Origin: Acidobacteriota bacterium
Lineage (GTDB): Bacteria > Acidobacteriota > Thermoanaerobaculia > Multivoradales > UBA5704
Direction: 5' to 3'
Assembly: GCA_040005235.1 (NCBI GenBank)
Contig: JBDTZG010000079.1
Location: 1 to 20,063, forward strand
DNA: 20,063 nucleotides
Positions 1 to 8,078 of the stretch are shown piece after piece. Below the pieces are notes generated by a model. That model did no database searches, was not told where the DNA came from, and worked only from the letters and a program-made list of their open reading frames with translations. The stretch's first letter is position 1. Each line of letters starts with the position of its first letter. The position numbers and the translations under genes are program-made.

Positions 1-549
1 TATTTGAATCACGGCGAGCTGCTTCCCGCGCTCGCCGGCCGGATCGAAAACCTGGTGAAAGAGGGGGCCGAGTCCTTGCCCGAGGGCGGTCACCTTTCGA
101 TGCGCGTCTGGGCCGCGATCTTGCGCCGGGGCGAAATCGAGCCCGGTCCGCTCCTCCATCTCCTTCGAATGCGGCGCCGCGCCCGACGCGCCCTCCGCGC
201 CGAAACTCCTCAACCGCCCGCTCCTGTCGTCGGAGGTCTACCCTTGATTGATTTCATTCCGCCGCTCTTCTTGATTCCTCCCTCCGGGCTGAGCGCGCCG
301 CGAGACGACGATTGGAGCTTGAGTCCGGACGGCAACTGGTTCGTCTGCGAAATCAACGACCCCTCCCCGACGGCAAGGATCGCGCTGGGCCGCAGGGTGA
401 TCGACTTGGGACGCCTGCTGGAGTGCCCTGCCCAATGGCAGATCGAAAGGAAGCGGGTGATCGTGAAGGTCGCGGCGGATCGGCGCGGGTACGAGTTGAT
501 CGCCGCGCTGCGCGGCGATGCGTGGCAGGACCATGAGGCGGCGTCGTGA
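1..549 (+). CDS. Hypothetical protein, probably 5'-truncated by the window edge
   Basis: Frame 1 is open from base 1 to TGA at 547-549. The C-terminal half has protein-like composition (WSLSPDGNWFVCEIND...RVIVKVAADRRGYELIAAL). No family recognised. Confidence 0.55.
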   Translation, partial: YLNHGELLPALAGRIENLVKEGAESLPEGGHLSMRVWAAILRRGEIEPGPLLHLLRMRRRARRALRAETPQPPAPVVGGLPLIDFIPPLFLIPPSGLSAPRDDDWSLSPDGNWFVCEINDPSPTARIALGRRVIDLGRLLECPAQWQIERKRVIVKVAADRRGYELIAALRGDAWQDHEAAS

Positions 550-625
550 AGAAGGCGGCACTGGTCAAACGCTCGTCCGTCAACGAATCCAGAGGACGAG
601 TGGCGGCCCTCGGGGGGCAGGTTGC

Positions 626-655
626 TTGCTTCATGGGGTCGCTCCAGGCTAGTCT
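626..655 (+). promoter_or_regulatory. Possible sigma70-type promoter for the 761-15707 operon
   Basis: TTGCTT (626-631)-N18-TAGTCT (650-655) lies in the relatively AT-rich gap upstream of the operon. A GGGAGGG Shine-Dalgarno sits at 747-753 before GTG 761. Confidence 0.3.
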
Positions 656-760
656 GCAAATAGGAAGAAGCTGTGGGAAAAGCGTCATTTTCATTTGGCA
701 ATGGGTGGCTGGAGGAGGTGGTCGTCATTCGCCTAGCTTTGGTCCAGGGAGGGCAGGCGA

Positions 761-3700
761 GTGAGCGGCGAAAACCTATTTCTGGCAGCACGGGTTCCCT
801 CGGTCGGGCCGACGAACCCACTTCGGGCGGCGCCTCGGCGCGCCAGTTTGCGGTCCATCGCCTTGATGGGGCTCGTCCTGTTGGCCGGCGCGGTCGGAGC
901 GAGAGCTGCAACCACGACGGTGACCCTGACAGCGGTCGCCGACACGACGCTCCGGCAACAGCAGACGAATCAGAACCGCGGCACCGACGAGTTGATTCGG
1001 CTCGGTTGGGCTCAAGGGAGCCGCGCTCTGGTCCGCTTCGATCAGGCCGCGATCGCCGCGGCGGTTGGAAGCGGTCATCTCGTCTCGGCGCAACTTGAGC
1101 TGTGGGTCGATGCCACCGGGGAAAGCTGGGGCAGCGGCGCGCAGAACGTCGGCACGCATCGCGTCACCGCCGATTGGACCGAAGCGGGCGCCACCTGGAG
1201 CTGCGCGATCGACAGCCACCCGGGCGACAACCATGCGGACTGCAACCTGCCGTGGAACGGCGGCTCGTTCCTCGCTGCGACCGCGACCGTGCCGCACACT
1301 AAGCAGACCCGCGGCGCCGTGACCTTTGGGGTCACCGCGGACGTCGCGGCGTTCCTTTCCGGCACCGCGAATCGCGGCTGGTTGCTCAAGAAGGCGAACG
1401 AGAGCGCGAGCGGCCGGATCGACTATGCCTCCCGCGAAGGGACTGCGGCGAGCCACGCCCCGCGCCTGATGCTGGTGGTCGAGACCAGCGGCGGCGATTC
1501 GACACTGCCGATCGTCACGATCACTGCGCCGGGGAGCGGCGCGCTGCTCCCGACCACCCTGCCCAAGGTCACCGCCTCGTATTCGGACGCCGGCTCGGGG
1601 ATCAACGCAACGTCCGCGCGGTTGACCGTGGACGGCGTAGACCGGACCGGCGGAGCGGTGGTGACGGCCGCGGGCCTCACCTGGACGCCGACCTCTCCGG
1701 TCGCCGAAGGCGCTCACACCGCGTCGGTGACCGTGCGCGACCTGGCGGGCAACTCCGCCTCGGCGAGCGCCTCGTTCTCGACCGACTCCCTGGTGCCGAC
1801 GCTCGCGATCGTTTCGCCGCCGCCCGGCCGGACGGTCGGGGCTTTGCCCCCGTCGATCGCCGTTGAGTATGCGGACCTCGGCTCCGGCCTCGATCTGGCC
1901 ACGGTGTCGATCAAGGTGGACGGCGCGGCGCTTTCCGGCTGCACGGTCGGCGCGTCCGCCGCGAGCTGCCAGGTCCCCACCCTCGCGCCGGGTGAGCACA
2001 CACTCGCGGCGAGCGTGCGCGACCGCGCGAGCAATCCCGGCAGCGGCGGCCTCAGCTTCGACTTCGTGCGCGACTTGACTCCCCCGACGATCGCGATCGA
2101 TGTGCCCGCCGACGGCGCGATCGGCAACGGCGCGGCGGTTCTGGTGTCCGGCACGGTTGCGGACGATTCCGGCGCGGAGATCGCGGTCTCGGTGAACGGC
2201 CAGCCCGCGCCGGTCGCGGGCGGGCGCTTCGCGGTCTTCGTGCCGCTCGCCGAGGGAGACAACGAGCTGGTCGCGATCGCGACCGACGTCGCCGGACGGC
2301 AGGCAAGCGCCACGATCTCTGCGGTGCTCGACACCGTTGCGCCTACTCTCGCCGTCGATTCGCCGCAAAGCGGCGCCACGACGAACGCCGCCGTCGCACG
2401 GGTTTCCGGCACGGCGGGCGACACCCAGGCGCTCGAAAGAGTGACCGTCGCGGGCGCGGTCGTCGCGGTCTCGGGCGGACGCTTCGCCGCCGATGTGCCG
2501 CTCGCCGAAGGGAGCAATTCGATCGAGGTCCGCGCGGTCGATCGGGCGGGCAACGACCGGCGGCTCGACGTGGCGGTCTCCCGCTTTTCGCTGCCGACGG
2601 TCGAGGTCACCGCGCCGGCCGATCTCTCCACGGTCGCCGCGACCACGCTGGATGTGCGCGGTACGACCGGCCAATCGGGCCTCATCGTGGCGGTCAACGG
2701 ACGCATGGCCGAGGTCTCCGGCACCTCGTGGGTGGCGACCGACGTGCCGCTGATCGAGGGGGGAAACCTGCTTACCGCGGTGGCGGTGGCGCCTTCGGGG
2801 CGGGTCGGCACAGCGACGATCAACGTCGTGCGCGACCTGGTCGCCCCGCGGCTATCGATCGACCTGCCGCGCGCCGGCTCGGTCCTATCCTCGCCCACAG
2901 TCACGGTGGTTGGCCTGGTCAACGACATCGTCGCCGGCACGGTCAACGCGGGCCAGGCGAGCGTGACGGTCAACGGCCGCCCGGCGATGGTCGCTAACCG
3001 GAGCTTCCTCGCCGTCGGCGTGCCGCTCGTCCCGGGCGAGAACACGCTCACCGCGGTCGCGACCGACGCTAGCGGCAACGTCGGCCAGGCCACAACCATC
3101 GTCCGCCTGGACACCTCCGCCGCGCCGCGCATCGTCGCGGTCGCGGGCGATGGCCAGAGCGGCACGATCCGCTCCGCCCTACCCGCGCCGCTCACCGTGG
3201 CGCTCACCGACGCCGCGGGCCTGCCGGTCGCGGGGCGCCAGGTCCTGTTCAAAGCGGTCGGATCGGACGGCCGGCTGAACGGCGTCGGCCGCCAGGCCGC
3301 GGTGCTCACGGGACCGGACGGTCGCGCGTCGGCAACGTACACACTCGGATCGCGCGCAGGGGTCGGCAACCAGGTGGTCGAGGCGATCGCCGCGGGCTTC
3401 GTCGGTCCCGCACTGTTCACAGAATCGGCCGAGCACGGCCCGGCGAGCTTGATCGTGGTCGACGCGGGAGATCAGCAGGAGGGTGCGACCGGCAACCTGT
3501 TGCCTCGCCCCCTCGTCGCGGCGGTCACTGATGCCGGCTTCAACCGTGTGCCCGGCGTGGCGGTACGCTTCGAGGTATTTAATGGTGGCGGCCGGTTCGC
3601 CAGCGACCAGACAGCGATACAGGTGACGACCGACAGCGATGGGCGCGCGATCGTGCCGTTCCGGATCGATTCGGCAGAGGGAGTGGCGAACAACGTGGTA

Positions 3701-5506
3701 GAGGCCTCCATCGTCGAACTTCCCAGCGGCCCGAGCACGCCGATCGCCGGATTCGTCGCCTCAGGACGCACGGCAGGGGTCGCGGACACCACGATCTCCG
3801 GCATCGTGCTCGACAACAGCAATCAACCAGTTCCGGGAACGACGCTACGCATCATGGGCAGCCCGCTCACCACGACCGCGAACGCCCAGGGGGTGTGGAA
3901 GCTCACCGGCGTGCCGGTCGGCCTGGTAAAACTGATCGTCGACGGCAGCACCACCTCCCGCCCCGGCGCCTGGCCGGACCTCGAATTCGTGATGACCACC
4001 ATCCCGGGGCGCGACAACACGCTGGGAATGCCGATCTTCCTGTTGCCGATCGATCTCGCCCAGGGGGTTCTGATCGACGAGACGCACGGCGGCCGGATCA
4101 CCCTCGCCGACGTACCGGGATTCGCGCTCGAAGTCGCGCCCGGCTCGGTAACGTTCCCTGGCGGCTCACGAAGCGGCGTCGTCTCGGTCACTTCCGTCCA
4201 CAGCGACAAGGTGCCGATGGTGCCGAACTTCGGCCAGCAACCGCGCCTGATCGTGACCATCCAACCGGCGGGAGCACGCTTCGATCCGCCGGCGCGCCTG
4301 ACCCTGCCGAACGTAGAGGGATACGCGCCCGGCCAGGTGACAGAGTTCTACTCGTTCGATCACGACCTCGGCCACTTCGTGAGCATCGGACCGGCGACGG
4401 TCTCCGACGACGGCGCTTTGATCGTGTCGAACCCCGGGGTGGGCATTGTGAAGGCCGGCTGGCACTGCGGAGGCAATCCGGGCGGTTCCGGCACCTCGCA
4501 CAACTGCCCAGAGTGCAAGAAGTGCGTCAACGGTTGTTGCAAGCCGAATGACGGACCGCCGTGCGACGACCACAATGAATGCACAATCAACGACAGCTGC
4601 CGAGGCGGGAGCTGCAAGGGTGATCCGGTCACTGTTACCGAAATCAAGGCCAAGTGCGTCGCCGCGGTGAACCAACCGATCCTGCTCACCGCAGCCTCCA
4701 ACGCCCGGGACAGAGTCAAATGGAAGGCGCCGGGCGGCACACCAGCGACCGGCATGGGCGGCTCTCTATCGGTAACCTACTCAACCGAGGGCGATTTTGT
4801 TGTGACTGCGATGTGCCGGGAAAGTGCGAAAACAAAGAAGGTGTCGACCGGACCAACATGCGCGACCATTGCGGGTTCCTTGAAAGAGCTCGAAACGGAA
4901 GGATCAGCCGGAGGCAACTTCGGAAAGGTGGTTCACGGAACCCGAGTTGAATCGAAATACAAGGCCTGCGTCGATGGATCAAACGGATACTGCTACCGTC
5001 TTGAGGAGTATTTACAAGAGCACTCGTTTAAAGTTGATATCCGCGGCCGAATAGATATTAAGGGTGCTGACGATCCACAGGTTGATCCATCGACCTGTGA
5101 AGCCATCATTGCGGATTTTACCCCGGATCCTTCCAGCCTAATAGATGGCCAGCCCGTGGCACACTACAGGAGTTACATTTCGAGATCGATCATCGAAGCC
5201 CATGAGCAGGTTCACGTCGCGGACGGCACCAATCTTATTGCAAAGATTGTGTTTAGCAAGCTGACGGAATTCGTCTCGCGAACAGTAACATGCAAGGCGT
5301 GCAAAGGGCCAAGCGACTACGAAAAAGCAGTGTTTGACCTCGAGAGAGCAAGACTGTTCTTCGAGCGGCTTACGATAGAAAAAGAAGGGGCCGAGGCGCG
5401 AGGTTATTTGGCGGAGAACGCCCTGCTGGGTGCGTTGACATCTGCGATCCGTCAACGTGCGCGCTCGGCGCCTCCTACGGAAGGGTGGCCGGAGGAATGC
5501 AAGTGA
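761..5506 (+). CDS. Large secreted multidomain surface protein (1581 aa): signal peptide, DNRLRE-like domain, ~6 Ig-like repeats, 2 intimin/Big_1-like domains, carboxypeptidase-regulatory-like and ZU5-like core, Cys-rich repeat, PKD-like domain, C-terminal HExxH putative Zn-metallopeptidase tip
   Basis: Basic N-region and h-region IALMGLVLLAGAVGARA. ADTTLRQ...RALVRFD...HRVTADWTE...TW...NRGWLLK...SRE...PRL is the DNRLRE-type pattern (~920-1485). Six DxxxPT(I/L/V)xIxxP...ATD/VRDxAGN repeats at ~1500-3110. Two AGDxQxG...LPxPLxxxxTDAxG..VxF units at ~3130-3770. ISGIVLDNSNQPVPG and PAGARFDPPARLTLP motifs, CDDHNECTINDSC, and HEQVH at 5201-5215. Confidence 0.9.
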   Translation: MSGENLFLAARVPSVGPTNPLRAAPRRASLRSIALMGLVLLAGAVGARAATTTVTLTAVADTTLRQQQTNQNRGTDELIRLGWAQGSRALVRFDQAAIAAAVGSGHLVSAQLELWVDATGESWGSGAQNVGTHRVTADWTEAGATWSCAIDSHPGDNHADCNLPWNGGSFLAATATVPHTKQTRGAVTFGVTADVAAFLSGTANRGWLLKKANESASGRIDYASREGTAASHAPRLMLVVETSGGDSTLPIVTITAPGSGALLPTTLPKVTASYSDAGSGINATSARLTVDGVDRTGGAVVTAAGLTWTPTSPVAEGAHTASVTVRDLAGNSASASASFSTDSLVPTLAIVSPPPGRTVGALPPSIAVEYADLGSGLDLATVSIKVDGAALSGCTVGASAASCQVPTLAPGEHTLAASVRDRASNPGSGGLSFDFVRDLTPPTIAIDVPADGAIGNGAAVLVSGTVADDSGAEIAVSVNGQPAPVAGGRFAVFVPLAEGDNELVAIATDVAGRQASATISAVLDTVAPTLAVDSPQSGATTNAAVARVSGTAGDTQALERVTVAGAVVAVSGGRFAADVPLAEGSNSIEVRAVDRAGNDRRLDVAVSRFSLPTVEVTAPADLSTVAATTLDVRGTTGQSGLIVAVNGRMAEVSGTSWVATDVPLIEGGNLLTAVAVAPSGRVGTATINVVRDLVAPRLSIDLPRAGSVLSSPTVTVVGLVNDIVAGTVNAGQASVTVNGRPAMVANRSFLAVGVPLVPGENTLTAVATDASGNVGQATTIVRLDTSAAPRIVAVAGDGQSGTIRSALPAPLTVALTDAAGLPVAGRQVLFKAVGSDGRLNGVGRQAAVLTGPDGRASATYTLGSRAGVGNQVVEAIAAGFVGPALFTESAEHGPASLIVVDAGDQQEGATGNLLPRPLVAAVTDAGFNRVPGVAVRFEVFNGGGRFASDQTAIQVTTDSDGRAIVPFRIDSAEGVANNVVEASIVELPSGPSTPIAGFVASGRTAGVADTTISGIVLDNSNQPVPGTTLRIMGSPLTTTANAQGVWKLTGVPVGLVKLIVDGSTTSRPGAWPDLEFVMTTIPGRDNTLGMPIFLLPIDLAQGVLIDETHGGRITLADVPGFALEVAPGSVTFPGGSRSGVVSVTSVHSDKVPMVPNFGQQPRLIVTIQPAGARFDPPARLTLPNVEGYAPGQVTEFYSFDHDLGHFVSIGPATVSDDGALIVSNPGVGIVKAGWHCGGNPGGSGTSHNCPECKKCVNGCCKPNDGPPCDDHNECTINDSCRGGSCKGDPVTVTEIKAKCVAAVNQPILLTAASNARDRVKWKAPGGTPATGMGGSLSVTYSTEGDFVVTAMCRESAKTKKVSTGPTCATIAGSLKELETEGSAGGNFGKVVHGTRVESKYKACVDGSNGYCYRLEEYLQEHSFKVDIRGRIDIKGADDPQVDPSTCEAIIADFTPDPSSLIDGQPVAHYRSYISRSIIEAHEQVHVADGTNLIAKIVFSKLTEFVSRTVTCKACKGPSDYEKAVFDLERARLFFERLTIEKEGAEARGYLAENALLGALTSAIRQRARSAPPTEGWPEECK
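3780..4650 (+). repeat. Direct repeat copy 1 (partner at 6361-7231, offset 2581 bp)
   Basis: tcgcggacaccacgatctccggcatcgtgctcgacaacagcaat occurs at 3780 and 6361. The copies are colinear without indels to ggctggcactgc (4468/7049), then less identical to ~4650/7231. Confidence 0.95.
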
Positions 5507-6291
5507 GACTACTCACTCGTTGTCCAAGCACTTTCGTGCTGTTCGTTGGCTTCTTTCTCTGCGGTCAGGCTTTGACAGCGAATCGACCTGTCGTGCCCGG
5601 CCGACATACTGGCAATGAGACACAGGAATATTATCTTAAGAAGGCGGGAGTTTCAACAGACCTAGCTTCGCTAATCCGCGCCGCTCGGTCAAACAACGAT
5701 CTGCTGGTACGGGCTTTTGCGGTGGAACTACTGGGGGCTCGCAACGAACGGAGTGCAATCCCGACACTGGAAACGGTCTATAAACTAGACCAAGAATCCC
5801 TGATTCGGGAAACTGCAGCCCTCGCGTTGGCAAGCATGGAAGTGCCTGGTGCTGTAGAAAAGCTTGAGGAATGTCTTCGGAAGAATGTACGTGGACTGGA
5901 TCGGCAAGTCTACTTGGCGATCCGCTTAGTCGAGTTTGGCGACCACGTCGGGTATCAATACGTCGTAGCTGCGGCTCGCTCGACAGATCCTTACCTGCGG
6001 GACTTGGCAGCGATGGGCCTTGTCAGATTTGGCACCTCCGGCTGGACCGGAACGGATCCAGAAACCCTGCCCGTCACTCTTCTGGGGAAGCTTCTTAACG
6101 ATCCTGTCGCCAGAGTTCGCCGCGCGGTGATCGTGAACATTTCAGGGGTATCACGTGGATTCGATCCAACAGAATTTGTAGCCAAGATTGCCACCCTGGC
6201 GAAGGCCGACCCCGATCCAGATGTGCGACACGCAGCGGAGATCTTCCTGTTCTTCCACAAGCCGGCCCGACCCGAGGAAGCGACGCCTTGA
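5503..6291 (+). CDS. Exported HEAT-repeat protein 1 (putative cognate immunity/inhibitor of tip 1)
   Basis: GTG 5503 overlaps the upstream stop (GTGA), with SD GGAGGA at 5491-5496 (the ORF track starts at 5485). N-terminal hydrophobic stretch FVLFVGFFLCGQALTA. HEAT/PBS-lyase-like units: DLLVRAFAVELLG, ESLIRETAALALA, DPYLRDLAAMGL, DPVARVRRAVI, DPDPDVRHAAEIFL. Confidence 0.85.
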   Translation: MRLLTRCPSTFVLFVGFFLCGQALTANRPVVPGRHTGNETQEYYLKKAGVSTDLASLIRAARSNNDLLVRAFAVELLGARNERSAIPTLETVYKLDQESLIRETAALALASMEVPGAVEKLEECLRKNVRGLDRQVYLAIRLVEFGDHVGYQYVVAAARSTDPYLRDLAAMGLVRFGTSGWTGTDPETLPVTLLGKLLNDPVARVRRAVIVNISGVSRGFDPTEFVAKIATLAKADPDPDVRHAAEIFLFFHKPARPEEATP

Positions 6292-8069
6292 ACCGATCTG
6301 CTGACTGGACATCGAGTCCTGCCGCGTCGATGTCGACCGCGACCGGTCGAACCGCGGGTATCGCGGACACCACGATCTCCGGCATCGTGCTCGACAACAG
6401 CAATCTACCGGTGCCGGGAACGACGCTGCGCATTCTGGGCAGACCGCTCACCACGACCGCGAACTCTCAGGGGGTGTTCAAGCTCACGGGCGTGCCGGTC
6501 GGCCTGGTCAAGTTGATCGTCGACGGCAGCACTACCTCCCGCCCCGGCGCCTGGCCGGACCTCGAATTCGTGATGGCCACCATCCCGGGGCGCGACAACA
6601 CGCTGGGAATGCCGAGCTTCCTGTTGCCGATCGATCTCGCCCAAGGGGTGCTGATCGACGAGACGCATGGCGGCCGGATCACCCTCGCAAACGTGCCGGG
6701 CTTCGCGCTCGACGTTCTACCCGGTTCGGTGACGTTCCCCGGCGGCTCGCGAAGCGGTGTCGTCTCGGTCACCGCCGTCCATAGCGACAAAGTGCCGATG
6801 GTGCCGAACTTCGGCCAGCAGCCTCGCCTGATCGTCACCATTCAGCCGGCAGGAGCGCGCTTCGATCCGCCGGCCCGGCTGACTCTGCCAAACCTTGAAG
6901 GCTACGCTCCCGGCCGGGTGACCGAGATCTATTCGTTCGATCACGACCTCGGCCACTTCGTAAGCATCGGCCCGGCGACGGTTTCCGACGACGGCGCTTC
7001 GATCGTGTCGAATCCCGGAGTGGGAATTGTGAAGGCCGGCTGGCACTGCAGCGGATATCCAAGTAGCTCCGGAACCTCGCACAACTGCCCGGAATGCTGG
7101 AAGTGCGTCAACGACTACTGCGCAGCGGACAACCTAAGGCCGTGCGACGACCACGATGAATGCACGACCGGCGACATCTGCCGCGAGGGCGTGTGCAAAG
7201 GTGATCCCGTCACAGTGACCGAGATCAAAGGAAACTGTGTCGGCGCCGTCGACCAGGCCATTTCACTGACAGCCGTCTCGAATAGAGCGGACAAGATTGA
7301 GTGGCTGGCCCCGAGTGGCACCCCCGCTCGAGGAAAGGGCGCAACGTTTGCGGTGACCTATTCAAACGAAGGCGATTTTCTCGTCAATGCGATGTGCAAG
7401 TCGAGTCTGAAGGCAAAGAGGGTCTCGACGGGACCGGACTGCGGGTCGATCGTAGCGGTGTTAAATGAGCCCGAAGTGGCTGGTGGAACGAGGGGGAACT
7501 GGGGCCTGGTCCAGCCAGGGTCGCAGAAAGTTGGGAAGTACAAAGGCTGCGCGACTGGTGGAAAATGGTGCTTCCGGCTTGAGGAGTACTTGGAGGAGCA
7601 CACCTTCGGTATCGACGGCGGCGCCGCGATCGATATCTCGGGACCCGCCGATTCGGACGTTACGCCCGCTACCTGCGCGGCGATCATCGCCGACCTTACG
7701 CCGCCAGCCGTCGGTACCCCCCTTGGGCCGCCGCGCTCGAGGTACTGGTCGCAAGTGATCACGATCTCACATGAACGGTTCCACGTCATGGATCTTCATA
7801 ACCGGATCACCAGCAAGGTTTTCGCCGACCTCGAGACTTTCGTCAAGCAATCTAGCCCTTGCACCGACTGTAAAAGCGCGGTCTCACAGGCGACACTCGA
7901 CGCCAAGATGGACTCCCTCTTCAGTATCTATTTCACGGACGTAATCCGGAACGCCGAGAAACTGGCTCACAATTACTCGAACCCGTTGTATGGGACTCTG
8001 ATCTCTGGAATCAAAGTGCGGGCTCGATCCTCGCCAGCGAGCGAAGCCTGGCCGGCGGCATGCAAGTAG
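6288..8069 (+). CDS. Orphan C-terminal module: N-terminally truncated paralog of 761-5506 with no signal peptide and a variant HExxH tip
   Basis: From ~6340 it aligns to residue ~1001 onward of the 1581-aa protein (15 differences in 229 aa from ADTTISG to KAGWHC). HERFH at 7770-7784 and the same WPxxCK terminus. Possible starts are TTG 6288 (TTGA overlap) or ATG 6330. No hydrophobic leader. Confidence 0.85.
   Translation: MNRSADWTSSPAASMSTATGRTAGIADTTISGIVLDNSNLPVPGTTLRILGRPLTTTANSQGVFKLTGVPVGLVKLIVDGSTTSRPGAWPDLEFVMATIPGRDNTLGMPSFLLPIDLAQGVLIDETHGGRITLANVPGFALDVLPGSVTFPGGSRSGVVSVTAVHSDKVPMVPNFGQQPRLIVTIQPAGARFDPPARLTLPNLEGYAPGRVTEIYSFDHDLGHFVSIGPATVSDDGASIVSNPGVGIVKAGWHCSGYPSSSGTSHNCPECWKCVNDYCAADNLRPCDDHDECTTGDICREGVCKGDPVTVTEIKGNCVGAVDQAISLTAVSNRADKIEWLAPSGTPARGKGATFAVTYSNEGDFLVNAMCKSSLKAKRVSTGPDCGSIVAVLNEPEVAGGTRGNWGLVQPGSQKVGKYKGCATGGKWCFRLEEYLEEHTFGIDGGAAIDISGPADSDVTPATCAAIIADLTPPAVGTPLGPPRSRYWSQVITISHERFHVMDLHNRITSKVFADLETFVKQSSPCTDCKSAVSQATLDAKMDSLFSIYFTDVIRNAEKLAHNYSNPLYGTLISGIKVRARSSPASEAWPAACK
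6361..7231 (+). repeat. Direct repeat copy 2 (partner at 3780-4650)
   Basis: See copy 1. Many of the differences are at third codon positions. Confidence 0.95.
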
Positions 8070-8078
8070 GAGCCGACA

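Noticed and set aside
696-710. Sigma54 promoter (TGGCA...TGGCT)
   Set aside because: GG-to-GC spacing is 9 nt rather than the required 10.
546-764. 72-aa ORF bridging the first CDS and the giant gene with GTGA overlaps at both ends
   Set aside because: Atypical codon usage and composition and no motif; the region looks like a promoter/leader. It cannot be fully excluded.
776-3420. Long antisense ORFs 776-2674 (632 aa) and 1714-3420 (568 aa)
   Set aside because: Shadow frames of a high-GC gene. They are Arg- or Thr/Ala/Ser-rich, have no motifs, and fully overlap a well-supported CDS.
3780-7231. Diversity-generating retroelement TR/VR pair or CRISPR array
   Set aside because: No reverse transcriptase or cas genes. 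The repeat is ~0.7-0.9 kb with largely synonymous differences that are not adenine-specific, and there are no short spaced repeats.
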